A stretch of DNA of 64,000 nt, taken from an uncultured Pseudomonadota bacterium. Lineage in GTDB: Bacteria; Myxococcota_A; Polyangia; Fen-1088. The number at the start of each line of letters is the position of its first letter. The first letter of the stretch is position 1. Shown piece after piece: positions 39,246 to 47,392 of this stretch. The position numbers and the translations under genes are program-made. The stretch covers positions 288,001 through 352,000 of the forward strand of contig CAWKBC010000032.1 of the NCBI GenBank assembly GCA_963847705.1, in the 5' to 3' direction. The notes below the pieces were generated by a model. That model did not search any database. It had not been told where the DNA came from and saw only the letters and a program-made list of their open reading frames with translations.

Positions 39246-40187
39246 ATGGTCCTCGAAGAGTCCCTGCCCCCCGATCTCAGAGGCCCCACCACCACGATCA
39301 CCCCGATCGCCGCTGGCCTTTCGGGCGCAGGCGTCTACCGGGTCGACGGCGACGGCCGGGCGTTCGTGCTCAAGGTTGCCGGCCCGGCCGAGGATGGCGG
39401 GGACTGGCGGAGTGCGCTCGAGATCCAGCGTCTGGCCGCGGACGCGGGGCTCGCGCCTGCCATCGTTCACGTCGATGAGGCGCGGCGCGCGGTTGTGACT
39501 GCCTTCGTCGCCGATCGTTCGTTCGCCGCTCTGTATCTCGATCCGGGCACCCGCGAAGCGGCGCTGAGCCTGCTCGGTCGTACGGTGCGACGGATCCATG
39601 CGCTCCCCGTTCCGTCTGCGGCACGCGTCCGCGAGCCCCGCACGTTTCTTGCCCAGCTCTCCGCCGGTCTCCAGACCGGCTTTGCCCTCCCTGAGCTCGC
39701 GGCCAGCGCGATCCAGCGCGCGCTCACCGAGAGTCCACCGCCCGACCGCGGCGCGCTGGTCCTCGGACACAACGACCTCAACCCCACGAACTTCATCTAC
39801 GACGGCGAGCGCCTCCTGGTCCTCGACTGGGCCGCCGCGGGGCCGATGAATGCGTTCTACGATCTCGCGGTGCTCGCCGTGTTTCTGCGGATGGACGAGG
39901 GCACCTGTCGTGCCCTGCTCTCGGCTTACGACGGCGCACCTGCGACTGCCCTCCCCGACCGCTTCCTCTACAGCCGCCGGCTGGCCGCCGCGCTCGCCGG
40001 GACGATGCAGCTCTTTGTCGCGCGGCAGATGAAGCACCCCGGCGCCACCGGCGCGGAGAGGCTCGACTCCACGCTCACGCTCGGCGAGTTCTATCAGCGG
40101 ATGCGGACCGGCGAGCTGAAGGTCGGGACCGCCGACGGCCAGTGGGCGTTTGGTCTGGCGCTGCTGAAGGAGAGCCTCGCGCTCTGA
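39246..40187 (+). CDS. APH/choline-kinase-like phosphotransferase
   Basis: GLSGAGVY, FVLK, HNDLNPTN, LDW, YDLA. Alternative start 39204. Confidence 0.85.
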   Translation: MVLEESLPPDLRGPTTTITPIAAGLSGAGVYRVDGDGRAFVLKVAGPAEDGGDWRSALEIQRLAADAGLAPAIVHVDEARRAVVTAFVADRSFAALYLDPGTREAALSLLGRTVRRIHALPVPSAARVREPRTFLAQLSAGLQTGFALPELAASAIQRALTESPPPDRGALVLGHNDLNPTNFIYDGERLLVLDWAAAGPMNAFYDLAVLAVFLRMDEGTCRALLSAYDGAPATALPDRFLYSRRLAAALAGTMQLFVARQMKHPGATGAERLDSTLTLGEFYQRMRTGELKVGTADGQWAFGLALLKESLAL

Positions 40188-40215
40188 GCCGCGAGGCGCG
40201 CTCGCCGCCTCATCA

Positions 40216-40332
40216 GTTTGACTCGTCCAACGCGCGGCCTTCACCCGCCGCCGTTGGACTCGTCCAACGCGCGGGCCTTCACCCGCCGCCGTTTGACTCG
40301 TCCAACGCGCGGACCTTCACCCGCCGCCGTTG
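40216..40332. repeat. Tandem repeat, 3 x 37-38 bp
   Basis: GTT(T/G)GACTCGTCCAACGCGCGG(-/G/A)CCTTCACCCGCCGCC at 40216, 40253 and 40291, with no spacers. Confidence 0.95.
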
Positions 40333-40916
40333 CTCTGCGCGCACACCGCCGTGCACTGGTCGTAGGGCGCCGTCAGCGCCGTGAAGTTGGGGCAGGACGT
40401 CCCGTTGAAGAGGCCGCCGATGCAGGTGGCGCAGGCGGTGGTCAGGCCGGGGGTGAACCGGCTGCAGGTCGACATGCAGGTGTTGAGGCTGTTGTAGTCG
40501 GGGCAGAAGCACATCGCGTTGGTGCAGAGGCTGTGGGTGCACTCCAGCATGACCAGGCAGGTGGGCGACTTCATGTCGGCGTTCAGCTGCTTGGGGTTGC
40601 AGGCGTCGGCGTTCAGCAGCGCCGCGCACGCCTGTGAGGTGGCCACGGTGGCGGTGCAGTCGGACGCGATGGAGGTGCACACGCCCGGCGGGGTGACGTT
40701 CACCGACCCGTCGGCGCCGCAGGAGACCGTGCCGGTTCCGTTCGCGGATTCCTCGGCGCAGAGCTGAATGAGCTCGGCGCGCGAGAGGTCGACCAGCTTC
40801 GTCGAGGGTCCGAACCCGCTGGCCGAGCCGTCCTTGTTGCTGCTGCTGCCCGAGCACCCCGCCACCAGCGCGACGACCACCGCCGCCGCAATCGCCAGGC
40901 GCGACATGAAGCGCAT
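40317..40916 (-). CDS. Cys-rich lipoprotein
   Basis: MRFMSRLAIAAAVVVALVAG-C lipobox and many Cys. The ORF-track extension to 42533 is a shadow. Confidence 0.8.
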   Translation of the reverse strand: MRFMSRLAIAAAVVVALVAGCSGSSSNKDGSASGFGPSTKLVDLSRAELIQLCAEESANGTGTVSCGADGSVNVTPPGVCTSIASDCTATVATSQACAALLNADACNPKQLNADMKSPTCLVMLECTHSLCTNAMCFCPDYNSLNTCMSTCSRFTPGLTTACATCIGGLFNGTSCPNFTALTAPYDQCTAVCAQSNGGG

Positions 40917-41173
40917 GTTCGATTGTAGCCGATCACCACGGTGAGTACGGCGATCGCGAGCACGGCGACCATGGAGATCACGACCACCACCACGACGACC
41001 GCCACGGCCAGTAGCGCGACGACCAACAGCGCCGCGAGCGATGGGGTCTCCGAGATTCGGGCACAATTCTGAATTTCGGAGACTCCGATCGAACCCGTAC
41101 GCCAGCTGACGAGACCCGCCTCGACAGATCGCGCCTGGTCGGCGCAAATGTGCTCCTCGGTCTCGCCGGCTAC

Positions 41174-41905
41174 CTACGCCTCCACCGCCGCGAGCGGCCG
41201 GACGTCGATCTCCAGCGTGCCGCCCAGGATCGCGGCGTAGGTCCGGCACATGGCGATCGCCTCGTCCATCCCGGACAGCTCCAGCACCGCAAAGCCGCCG
41301 ATCAGCTCCTTCGATTCGGAGAATGGACCGTCGACCACCCGCAGGTCGTTGTTCTTGAACAGCAGCCGCTTGGCCTTCGCGCTCGGGTCGAGCCCGGTCG
41401 TTCGGACCAGGACGCCGGCCTTCGTCATCTCGGTTCGCAGCCGCGTGAGGTCGGCCTTCTGCTTGCTGCTGCGGCCGGCGGCCTCGGACGCCGCGTCGGC
41501 CTTGTCGATGAGAAGGATCTGCAGCGGCGGGTTCTCGGGCGCCGGCATGAGACCGATGTCCCACGGCTCGTTGACCTTCCCCAGCTCGATCTCGCCGCTG
41601 CCGAGGATCTTGCCGTAACGCTCGGCCCAGCCGATCGCCTCGTCGCGCGTCTTGACCTTCAACAGCAGGATCGCCGACGGCAGCTCGTGCTCGCCGCGGT
41701 AAGGGCCGTGCTTCACCGTGCAGGCGCCGTCGCGGAAGGTGAGCCGGGTGCGCGTGGCGCTTGCGCCCAGGCCCGCGCCGTCGATGAGGCTGCCGGCCTT
41801 GGCGTGTCCCCCGATGAACGCCCCCATCTTCTCGACGAGCTCCATCGGGGGCTTCTCGCCCGCCTCGGTCTTGGGATCGTTCTTGTGCATGATCATGAAG
41901 CGCAT
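41174..41905 (-). CDS. Tandem YciI/DGPF-domain protein
   Basis: VKHGPY in domain 1 and VVDGPFSESKELIGGF in domain 2. Confidence 0.9.
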   Translation of the reverse strand: MRFMIMHKNDPKTEAGEKPPMELVEKMGAFIGGHAKAGSLIDGAGLGASATRTRLTFRDGACTVKHGPYRGEHELPSAILLLKVKTRDEAIGWAERYGKILGSGEIELGKVNEPWDIGLMPAPENPPLQILLIDKADAASEAAGRSSKQKADLTRLRTEMTKAGVLVRTTGLDPSAKAKRLLFKNNDLRVVDGPFSESKELIGGFAVLELSGMDEAIAMCRTYAAILGGTLEIDVRPLAAVEA

Positions 41906-41950
41906 GGTCGTCTCCTGGTTGTCTTCTGGCGGTCTTGGTTGGCGGGTTTC

Positions 41951-42427
41951 TCAGTGGGTTTCTTGGCGCGTCTGGCGGAGGTGGGATGACGAGAGGATGA
42001 GCGCGCGCAGGCCGGGGCTGCGGAGGCTGTAGGCGATCCAGAGGATCGCACCCATCGCCACGGGGAACCAGAACGGCTGGCCCATCCGGACATGGGTGGC
42101 CGTGGCTCCCCCGAGGTAGGCCGTCAGCAGGAGCGCGCCGGTGAGCTGGGTGCGCGGAAGGAGGTGCAGCAGCGTCGAGAGCGCGAGCACCACGCCGAGC
42201 GGGCGGAGGACGCCGAGCGTGTAGCCGACCTTCAGAGTCCCCTCGACGTACGGCGCCAGCATCAGCAGCTTGCCGAGCGCATCGAACAGCAGGAAGGCCG
42301 CGCAGAGCCCGGTCAGCACGCGGCCGATCCAGAGCCCGGTCCGGGACGTTCGGACGACACGCGAGCTCGGCGCGCCGACGGGACTCGGGGCGCCGACTGA
42401 GATGGTTGGGTTGAGCACGTTCTCCAT
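41951..42427 (-). CDS. DoxX family membrane protein
   Basis: PRTQLTGALLLTAYLGGATATHVR, four TMs, GGAGG RBS. Confidence 0.88.
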   Translation of the reverse strand: MENVLNPTISVGAPSPVGAPSSRVVRTSRTGLWIGRVLTGLCAAFLLFDALGKLLMLAPYVEGTLKVGYTLGVLRPLGVVLALSTLLHLLPRTQLTGALLLTAYLGGATATHVRMGQPFWFPVAMGAILWIAYSLRSPGLRALILSSSHLRQTRQETH

Positions 42428-42485
42428 GACGATCCTCCGGTTCGAATTGGTTCCTGGCCGGCCCCTTGCCGGCTCCTGCTGACAC

Positions 42486-42512
42486 GACGAACCGCCCTCC
42501 CGTCGATCGACG
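42486..42512 (-). promoter_or_regulatory. ECF42-like promoter of the DoxX-DGPF operon
   Basis: Minus strand CGTCGA-N17-CGTC versus the ECF42 consensus TGTCGA...CG(A/T)C. It precedes a DGPF gene. Confidence 0.45.
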
Positions 42513-42612
42513 GGCGGAGTGATCTTTTTTCAACTAGCTGAAATGACACCACAAGGTCCCAGGCGCGCCGCGCTCGAAGGCCCCGTGATTACACTCTCGC
42601 CGAGGTGAGCCC

Positions 42613-42927
42613 ATGCCGACGCCGACGCCCAACCCCGTGAAGCTCAGTGAGACCGAGATCGCGACCGCCCTGTCGAAGCTGCCCGGGTGGACGCTGGCGG
42701 GTGGCAAGCTCCACCGTGAGTACAAGTTCGCCGATTTCGTGGCCGCGTTTGGATTCATGACCGGCGCCGCGCTGGTCGCCCAGGGGATGGACCATCACCC
42801 GGAGTGGTTCAACGTCTGGAACACGGTGCGCGTCGACCTCAGCACCCACGACGCCGGCGGGATCACCGCGCTGGACGTGAAGCTCGCGCACGCGATGGAG
42901 GCACTGGCCTCCCGCCTCGCGGGCTGA
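42613..42927 (+). CDS. phhB: Pterin-4-alpha-carbinolamine dehydratase
   Basis: DHHPEWFNVWN, LSTHDAGGITALD. Confidence 0.93.
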   Translation: MPTPTPNPVKLSETEIATALSKLPGWTLAGGKLHREYKFADFVAAFGFMTGAALVAQGMDHHPEWFNVWNTVRVDLSTHDAGGITALDVKLAHAMEALASRLAG

Positions 42928-43120
42928 CCGATCGCGCGCAGCTGAAGGGCGCATGGACCGTCTGCGCGCGCCCGCGCAGGAAGGCCCGCGAAAGCTCGAG
43001 CATGACGTGAGCGGGCGTGCGCGCCGGGCGCTATCGCCGCATGGCCCCCAGATCCCTGCGCGCTGCCGATTGTGCCGCGGCGAATCGTGGCCATCATCTT
43101 GGTACCTCTGGAGGTGCCCC

Positions 43121-43699
43121 ATGAAGTGCTCCGACATCATGAACAAGAACGTCGAGTGGTTGACCGAGAAGGACACCATCCGCAAGGCCGCCACGGTGAT
43201 GGCGGAGACGGGTGTCGGTTTCCTGCCCATCTGCGACGCGGAGCAACGGGTGATCGGGGTCGTCACCGATCGCGACCTGACGACGCGGGCGCTGGCGAAG
43301 AAGCTCGATCCCGACACGACGTCCGCCGCGCTGGTGATGTCGTCGCCGGCCCTCACCTTCCTGGAGAGCGCCGAGGTCAGCGAGGCCGAGGCGCTGATGG
43401 CCACCGAGCGGAAGGCCCGCCTGGTGATCATCGACGCCGAGGAGAAGTTGACCGGAGTGCTCGACCTGGCCGATATCGTCGAGTCGGCGCCGGGGCGTCA
43501 GAGTCTGCAGACCGTCCGCGCCATCATGTGGCGTGAGGCGCTGGGCCCACGCGGGGGCGCCGCGCGCGGCGAGCCGCTCTTGAAGGACGACCCGGACGTG
43601 AGGGAAGCGCCGCTTGCGTCGGACGACGCCACGGTGCGCCCGACCGTTTTCGTCGGCGCGCACCGCAGCACCGACACCAGCGAATTCCCCGGCCGCTAG
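43121..43699 (+). CDS. CBS-domain protein
   Basis: GGAGG RBS, GFLPI...GVVTDRDL, second CBS ending GVLDLADI. Confidence 0.9.
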   Translation: MKCSDIMNKNVEWLTEKDTIRKAATVMAETGVGFLPICDAEQRVIGVVTDRDLTTRALAKKLDPDTTSAALVMSSPALTFLESAEVSEAEALMATERKARLVIIDAEEKLTGVLDLADIVESAPGRQSLQTVRAIMWREALGPRGGAARGEPLLKDDPDVREAPLASDDATVRPTVFVGAHRSTDTSEFPGR

Positions 43700-45075
43700 T
43701 CGGCGGACGAGAAGATCACCAGACCGGCGTCCTGCTCGGCGCTGGGGGCCGCGGCCCGCGCCCGGACCACCGCGGCGGTCTCCTCTTCGATGCGCGGGAA
43801 GGTGTACAGAACGCGCCCCTGCTCGTCGGGCTCGGAAGCGATGTCGCCGCCGAGCGCCACCAGCTCCCGGTCGAGCGCGGCCGCCAGCTCGGGCGTGGGG
43901 GCCAGCTCCTCCCGCGGCCGCGCGAGCGTGCGGGCGAAGATCCGGCCCAGCAGCTCCCGCCGCTCGTTCCGCGCGCGGAGCCGGCGCGCCTCGCGGCGGG
44001 CCTTGAGCCAGCGTCCGGCGGGGATGGCGAAGAACAGCGCGGAGAACGCCAGCGGGAAGTCCCAGAGCAGGAATTGCCAGCCCGCCAGCGAGACGTGGAG
44101 GCGTGCCTCGAACGCCGGCACGATCCAGAACGGCGCCAGCAGATTGAAGCCGTTGAACCCGGCGATCATCGCGTTCGTCCCCGGGTCGTTGCCGGTGAGC
44201 GGCGCCGGCCTCTCCAGCCGCCCCGGGGCCCAGCAGGGCGCGCTGGCCTCGAGGGCGCTCCCCGTGCCCGCGGTCTTGCGCACCGCCTTGAAGGTGTACA
44301 GAACCACGCCCTCCTCGGTGACCTCCGGCTCGCCGCCGTAGTCGATCATCAGCCGCGTCACCTCCTGCTCGGCGCGCGGGAAGGTCCACCCCATGAGCCG
44401 CACCAGGTCGACAGCGGCGATCCGCCCGCGCTGCGCCCGGATGTAGCCCACGATCTGCTTTTCCTCGGCCAGCGGATCCTCCGCTGGCCTGGGCGGCCCG
44501 AACACGAAGGCGAAGACCCGCTTGTAGAGCGGCTCGCGAGGGGGCCGCGCGAAACGGGCCCGCGAGCGGCCATAGCCGTTCGCGCCCATGTCCCACCCCC
44601 AGAACCAGAGCAGGCCGTCGAAGCCGAAGCCGCCGTCGTCGTCACGATCGGACGAGCCGCTGCGCGCGAAGATCATCGCCACCATCATCGCCACGAACGC
44701 CACGAAGTAGCTGACCAGCGTGGTCACGATCGCCACCTTGAACAGGAACTTGAAGCCCGTCCAGAGACGGCTCCCCACGGCGGCGGCCCGTTCGCGCCAC
44801 GACAGCGCGTCACGCCGCTCGAACGCCGGATCGAACTCGTAGAGCAGCTCCCCGCTCTCGGTCGCGCTGAGGTGGCTGCGGTACTCCTTGAGCAGCGCGG
44901 TCAGCGCCTGCCCCGCCTCCTCCTCGGAGAGACCCGAGGCGACGACGGCGTCCGCGCGGGTCAGCTTGGCGTCGCGCCCGCGCAGCGCCGTCATCATCAG
45001 GAGCTTCGCGCGCTCGGGGGTGTGCCCCTTCCTGTCGAGCGTCGCTTGCGTCGGTTGCCTCGGTTCAGTGCTCAC
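43696..45075 (-). CDS. Membrane protein resembling the cyanobacterial/plastid At5g03900-like family
   Basis: Three repeats of a GxxLYxF motif (ESGELLYEF, EEGVVLYTF, EQGRVLYTF), VFAFVFG, TMs. Confidence 0.65.
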   Translation of the reverse strand: MSTEPRQPTQATLDRKGHTPERAKLLMMTALRGRDAKLTRADAVVASGLSEEEAGQALTALLKEYRSHLSATESGELLYEFDPAFERRDALSWRERAAAVGSRLWTGFKFLFKVAIVTTLVSYFVAFVAMMVAMIFARSGSSDRDDDGGFGFDGLLWFWGWDMGANGYGRSRARFARPPREPLYKRVFAFVFGPPRPAEDPLAEEKQIVGYIRAQRGRIAAVDLVRLMGWTFPRAEQEVTRLMIDYGGEPEVTEEGVVLYTFKAVRKTAGTGSALEASAPCWAPGRLERPAPLTGNDPGTNAMIAGFNGFNLLAPFWIVPAFEARLHVSLAGWQFLLWDFPLAFSALFFAIPAGRWLKARREARRLRARNERRELLGRIFARTLARPREELAPTPELAAALDRELVALGGDIASEPDEQGRVLYTFPRIEEETAAVVRARAAAPSAEQDAGLVIFSSAD

Positions 45076-45155
45076 GGTGGTCCGCCATTCTACGATCTAG
45101 AATCCCGGTATTCCCGTCCGGGCTCGGAGGATGGCGCCAGGCGACGGCGAGCGCC

Positions 45156-45908
45156 CTAGAGGTCGAGCTCCGGGTAGCGCCGGAAGATGCCGTGCTCGTT
45201 GAAGGGGATCCGGCGCGGCGAGGCCAGGTAGGCGGCGACCGCGGGGACGGCGGCGACGCTGTCACGCAGCGCGAGCAGGCGCGGGAGCTTGCCGGCCGTG
45301 GCCATCCTGGCGAGCGCGCGGGGGAAGGCGTACCCCAGGCCGGACATGATCTGAAAAAGAGAGAGATCGAGGTACGACAGCGCGGCCCCGACCGCGTGGC
45401 GGCCGCCCGCGGCAGCGTTGGTCTCCAGCACCCGCTCGAAGTAACCGAGGTACTTCGGAATCCGATTCTTCACGAACAGGTCCGCCCGGCGCGAGGCCTC
45501 CGGTTTCTGATCGTCGTAGTAGAGGCTGGAGGCGATCGGGTGATGCGCGTCGTGCGCCTCCACCACGAAGTCGGAGATGGTCAGCTGGAGGTGGTTGGCC
45601 TTCAGGCGGCTCGCCTCGTCTTCGGGGACCAGGCCGAGGCGCGGCCCGAGGTACTGGAGGATGGCGCCGGTCTGCGACAACGTCACGCCGCCGTGGCGCA
45701 GGATCGGCGGCGCGAAGAAGGGGCCGCCGCCCGAGGTCTCGGCGAGCAGAGCCGTGAGCACCTTCACGCCGCCGCCCTCCGCGGCCGGCAGCCGCGCGAC
45801 GTCGACGTAGGGCGCGCGCCCGGCCTCGAGCGCCAGCCGCACGAACTCGCCGCGCCCCTGGATCGACGGCCAATAGAAGAGCTCATACGTCTCACCCGCT
45901 GCCGCCAT
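45156..45908 (-). CDS. Glutathione S-transferase
   Basis: YWPSIQGRGEFVRLALE, FAPPIL, SQTGAILQYL, LSYLDLSLF. Confidence 0.92.
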   Translation of the reverse strand: MAAAGETYELFYWPSIQGRGEFVRLALEAGRAPYVDVARLPAAEGGGVKVLTALLAETSGGGPFFAPPILRHGGVTLSQTGAILQYLGPRLGLVPEDEASRLKANHLQLTISDFVVEAHDAHHPIASSLYYDDQKPEASRRADLFVKNRIPKYLGYFERVLETNAAAGGRHAVGAALSYLDLSLFQIMSGLGYAFPRALARMATAGKLPRLLALRDSVAAVPAVAAYLASPRRIPFNEHGIFRRYPELDL

Positions 45909-46027
45909 GCCTGGAACTATACCTGGGCCTAGTGCGAGCCCGCACATTGAAACCAGCGATTGGCACACTACAGTTGCCTGTGATTGGGCGGCCGGACAGT
46001 CGGTTGACCCAGGCGCGGAGGTCAGCA

Positions 46028-47391
46028 GTGGATGTAAGGACGAGCCGCCAGTTGGTGCGCGTTGCGTTCGCTCTCGTCGCGACCGTCGTGCTCGTCGTGA
46101 CGGCCTTCGCGATGGCGCAGATCCGCGGGCTCGAAGACAGCGCGCGCGACATCGTGCAGAACATGCTGACCAGCGTCCGTCTGCTGGGGGAGCTGGAGAG
46201 CGAGGTGAAGACGAAGGAGATCCTCGTCAACGAGCACATCCTCGCTTCCGAGGCCGCGGACCGGGCGCGCCTGGAGACGCAGATCGCCTCCGTCGAAGCG
46301 CAGATCGCGGCGACGGCGCGCGCCTACGAGCCCTGGGTCAGCCTCCCCGGCGAGCGAGCCGCCTGGACCCAGGCACAAAAAGATCTGAAGAACCTGGACG
46401 GTCCGATCGCGCGCGTGGTGGCGTTTTCCCGGGAGAACCTGGACACCGAGGCCCGGTGGGCGATGGAGCAGACCACCGGCCTCTTCGCCCGCGTGAGCCA
46501 GGACTTCGACCGCCTCATCTCCATCAACGACACGGGCGCCACGCAGAGCTTGGCGGCGGTCCTGGCGATCCGGCGCCGCCTGATGATCACGCTCCTGGCG
46601 GCCGGGCTGCTGGCCATCGCCGGGATCGCAGGGGTGGGAACCTGGGCCGAGCGCCGGGTCGCCCATCGGGAAGAGGAGGCCGCGCGCGGGGCCCGGCTGC
46701 TCGAAGACCGGAACCGCGAGCTCGACGCCTTCGCGGGGCGGGTGGCGCACGACATTCGGAACCCCCTGATGGTCATCCACCTGGCGTCCGACCAGCTCGC
46801 GTCGATCGTCCCCCCCGATGCGCGGCCGGCGGACCTCCTCCAGCGCGGCGTGCGTCGCATGGAGACGCTGGTCGAGGATCTGCTGACCCTCTCGCGCGTC
46901 GAGGGGCAGGTGCGCGGCTCCTGCGATCCGGCCCGGGTGGCGGCCCAGATTCAGGAGGACTTCGCGGCGCGCTTCGAGGGTGCCAGGGGGCGACTGCGGG
47001 TGGCGGTGACGCCCGCCGCGGTGTCGTGCAGCGAGGGGCTGCTGCAACAGGTGCTGGCCAACCTGACGGAGAATGCCATGAAGTACCAGCGTCCCGACGC
47101 CACCCCGGAGGTGGAGATTCTCAGGAGGCGCGGTCGACGACCGGTACGATTCTGCGGGTCTCCGACAACGGCCTCGGGATGTCGAAGGACGACGCGGGCC
47201 GGGTGTTCGAACCGTTCTATCGCTCGCCGCGAACGCAGGAGCTCCCGGGGACGGGCCTGGGACTGTCGATCGTCAATCGGGTCGTCCAGGCGAGCGGCGG
47301 CACCCTCTCCGTCGAGACCGAGCTCGGACGAGGGTCGACCTTCATCGTCCGTCTCCCGAGAGTCGACGCGCCCCAGCCTCAGCGCCCCTAG
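46028..47391 (+). CDS. Sensor histidine kinase (TM, four-helix sensor, TM, HisKA, HATPase), frameshifted
   Basis: GGAGG then GTG 46028. AHDIRNPL and NLTENAMKY lie in one frame, VSDNGLGM/FEPF/GTGLGLSI in another. Removing one T each at 47116-47120 and 47148-47152 restores one ORF. Confidence 0.85.
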
Positions 47392-47392
47392 G

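Noticed and set aside
40216-40332. CRISPR array (37-38 bp palindromic repeats)
   Set aside because: Units abut with no unique spacers, no cas genes are present, and the unit includes a gene 3' end.
40317-42533. 738-aa ORF and the many other long Arg/Pro/Ala-rich or antisense ORFs in the track
   Set aside because: Typical high-GC shadow frames overlapping genes with clear family motifs.
45961-45978. Sigma54 promoter TGGCAC...TTGC before the histidine kinase
   Set aside because: GG to GC spacing is 12 nt rather than the required 10.
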